Shown here one piece after another: positions 62,377-64,000 of a stretch of DNA of 64,000 nucleotides. Position 1 is the stretch's first letter. The number at the start of each line of letters is the position of its first letter. Under the pieces are notes generated by a model. That model was given only the letters and a program-made list of their open reading frames with translations, did no database searches and was not told where the DNA came from. The position numbers and the translations under genes are program-made. The stretch is from the NCBI GenBank assembly GCA_965203295.1, contig CBDBCZ010000019.1, positions 1,120,001-1,184,000 of the forward strand, read 5' to 3'. Source of the stretch: Nitrospirales bacterium (GTDB lineage: Bacteria > Nitrospirota > Nitrospiria > Nitrospirales > UBA8639).

Positions 62377-63420
62377 TTATTTTGCGAAGTGATCGAAACT
62401 CCTCCGAAAGAGTTTTCGGTGGGACCCATCAGGAAGCTTGAGCCGAACACCTGCAGAGCCAGGGGTCATCTCACCCACACACGTGAGGGGAAGGTTGAGC
62501 CTTTTTGATAAGGTACGAACTTTATCTCGATGGTGAGGTGAAACCGTGAAGGCCAACTCATAATCTTCGCCTCCAGCGAGGCCTAATTGAAAGGGGTCCA
62601 ATTGATGGCCTGTGGAAAATGTTCGAAGTTGGGAGGAAAGAGGGAGAGCCTTCAGGTCGAGGAGCGCCCCAACTCGGCTCGCAAGACAAAGGTGGTAAAG
62701 ATCGCCTGAGAGTCCATCGGAAAGATCAATAGCCGCAGTCGCGAGCCCTTGGCGGCTGAGAGCCTGACCTAAGTGGACACGAGCGATTGGTTGCAGATGA
62801 CGATGGATTAAGAATCGTTCGATCGCATTTGGCTTCCTCGCAGGCCTTTTGCAGACTCGTGTTTTTAAGAGATGAAGGCCTGCGCACGAATCTCCGATTG
62901 TCCCAGAGAGATAGAGGAGGTCGCCCACCTGTGCGCCATCACGTCGAAGAGCATTGTGTTTGACTCCCTCTCCTATGACGGTCACCGTCAGAAAGAGCCC
63001 GGAAGATGAGGCGGAAGTATCTCCACCGATTAATTCTACGCCGAATTCTTGACAGGGTTTCATCAGTCCTCGGTAGAGGGTACGGACGTCGGTGGGCGTG
63101 AACGATGGAGGGATGCTTAAGGCGACGAGCCCATACTGCGGAGTTCCTCCCATAGCGGCAATATCACTCAGGCTCGATACCGTAGCCCGGTATCCCACGT
63201 CCTTCAATGATTCATAAGACAAATCAAAGTGGATCCCTTCGGTGAGTAAGTCGGTGGTGATCAGAAGTGTCCGTTGAGCATCAATTCGAATGATGGCCGC
63301 ATCGTCTCCGATCCCCTTCGCTACCGATCGGCTTGTCTTTCCGAACAGTTGATGAATGGCTTTGATGAGACCAAATTCCCCGAGATCCGAGAGAGATCTG
63401 AGGTGTGGGGAGGTCGGCAT
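62377..63420 (-). CDS. thiL: Thiamine-monophosphate kinase
   Basis: GEFGLI, GDDAA, LSDIAAMG, GGDT, DLSDGL, GGEDYEL. Confidence 0.97.
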   Translation of the reverse strand: MPTSPHLRSLSDLGEFGLIKAIHQLFGKTSRSVAKGIGDDAAIIRIDAQRTLLITTDLLTEGIHFDLSYESLKDVGYRATVSSLSDIAAMGGTPQYGLVALSIPPSFTPTDVRTLYRGLMKPCQEFGVELIGGDTSASSSGLFLTVTVIGEGVKHNALRRDGAQVGDLLYLSGTIGDSCAGLHLLKTRVCKRPARKPNAIERFLIHRHLQPIARVHLGQALSRQGLATAAIDLSDGLSGDLYHLCLASRVGALLDLKALPLSSQLRTFSTGHQLDPFQLGLAGGEDYELAFTVSPHHRDKVRTLSKRLNLPLTCVGEMTPGSAGVRLKLPDGSHRKLFRRSFDHFAK

Positions 63421-63427
63421 ATGAGGG

Positions 63428-64000
63428 TTAAAAGCCTAGCGAAAGGCCCGTATTGAATGTGTTGGTCAGAGATCGGAGCTTTCCGCTTCCGCCGAGGGTT
63501 GCTGTAGCTCTTCGAGATGATTGGGAAGAGGTCTTGAACTTGGACTTGGCTTTTGGGGAAAGATGTAAGGCTGCGGGAATGACGTCGGCCATCGTCTCGG
63601 CAAAAATAAATCGAATGCCTCGCTTCAAATGATTGGGAAGATCATCAAGGTCCTTCTCATTTCTCTTAGGCAGAATAATCGTGGTCAGAGAGGCTCGTTT
63701 TGCAGCAAGAATTTTTTCTTTGAGCCCTCCAATAGCGAGCACTCTCCCTCGAAGTGTGACTTCACCTGTCATCGCCACATCCTGGCGGGCGGGAATATTG
63801 GCTAAGCTCGATGTCAGGGCTGAAGCCATCGTGATGCCTGCCGAAGGGCCATCTTTAGGTATGGCCCCTGCTGGAACATGAATGTGAATATCGGTGTGAG
63901 AAAAGATCTCGGGTTTAATGCCAAGATAACTGGCTTTGGATCGTATGTAGCTCAAGGCTGCTTGTGCTGATTCCTTCATGACATCTCCGAGCTGCCCGGT
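63428..64000 (-). CDS. lon: Lon protease, C-terminal part (5' end outside window)
   Basis: [27 protein letters not shown]. Confidence 0.97.
   Translation of the reverse strand, partial: TGQLGDVMKESAQAALSYIRSKASYLGIKPEIFSHTDIHIHVPAGAIPKDGPSAGITMASALTSSLANIPARQDVAMTGEVTLRGRVLAIGGLKEKILAAKRASLTTIILPKRNEKDLDDLPNHLKRGIRFIFAETMADVIPAALHLSPKAKSKFKTSSQSSRRATATLGGSGKLRSLTNTFNTGLSLGF

Noticed and set aside
1..64000. CRISPR array, tRNA or rRNA genes
   Set aside because: No regularly spaced direct repeats or recognisable structural RNA seen by eye; a covariance-model search was not possible.

Overview
Bacterial chromosome segment; gene order and protein style suggest a Nitrospirales-type organism (inference, not verified by search). 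The window has two halves. (1) ~1-25.7 kb is an accessory region in visible decay: DUF3047/MerA-like/TVP38 cluster, TetR-YHS locus, ABC substrate-binding protein, TPR and Slp lipoproteins, and a MarR-nitroreductase-BNR-DUF488-MOSC cluster, with roughly a dozen genes broken by nonsense codons, 1-nt indels or deletions. It also holds two dead Y1 (RAYT-like HUH) transposases and several (T/C)TGACCC-type terminal motifs that bracket foreign DNA fragments, including a HEPN-like gene plus a truncated class III nucleotide cyclase. (2) ~26-64 kb is almost intact housekeeping DNA: carAB, argJ-argC, rplM-rpsI, two DUF151 nucleases, uppS-cdsA-dxr-rseP-proS, tldD-pmbA, hpnD-hpnE-udg, folB-methyltransferase fusion, moaCDEA, accD-folC-lptD, thiL and lon. 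The best candidate for an undescribed system is the RAYT-associated arrangement of inward-facing TGACCC motifs, most followed by short tandem micro-duplications, enclosing captured gene fragments. No rRNA, tRNA or CRISPR array was recognised.
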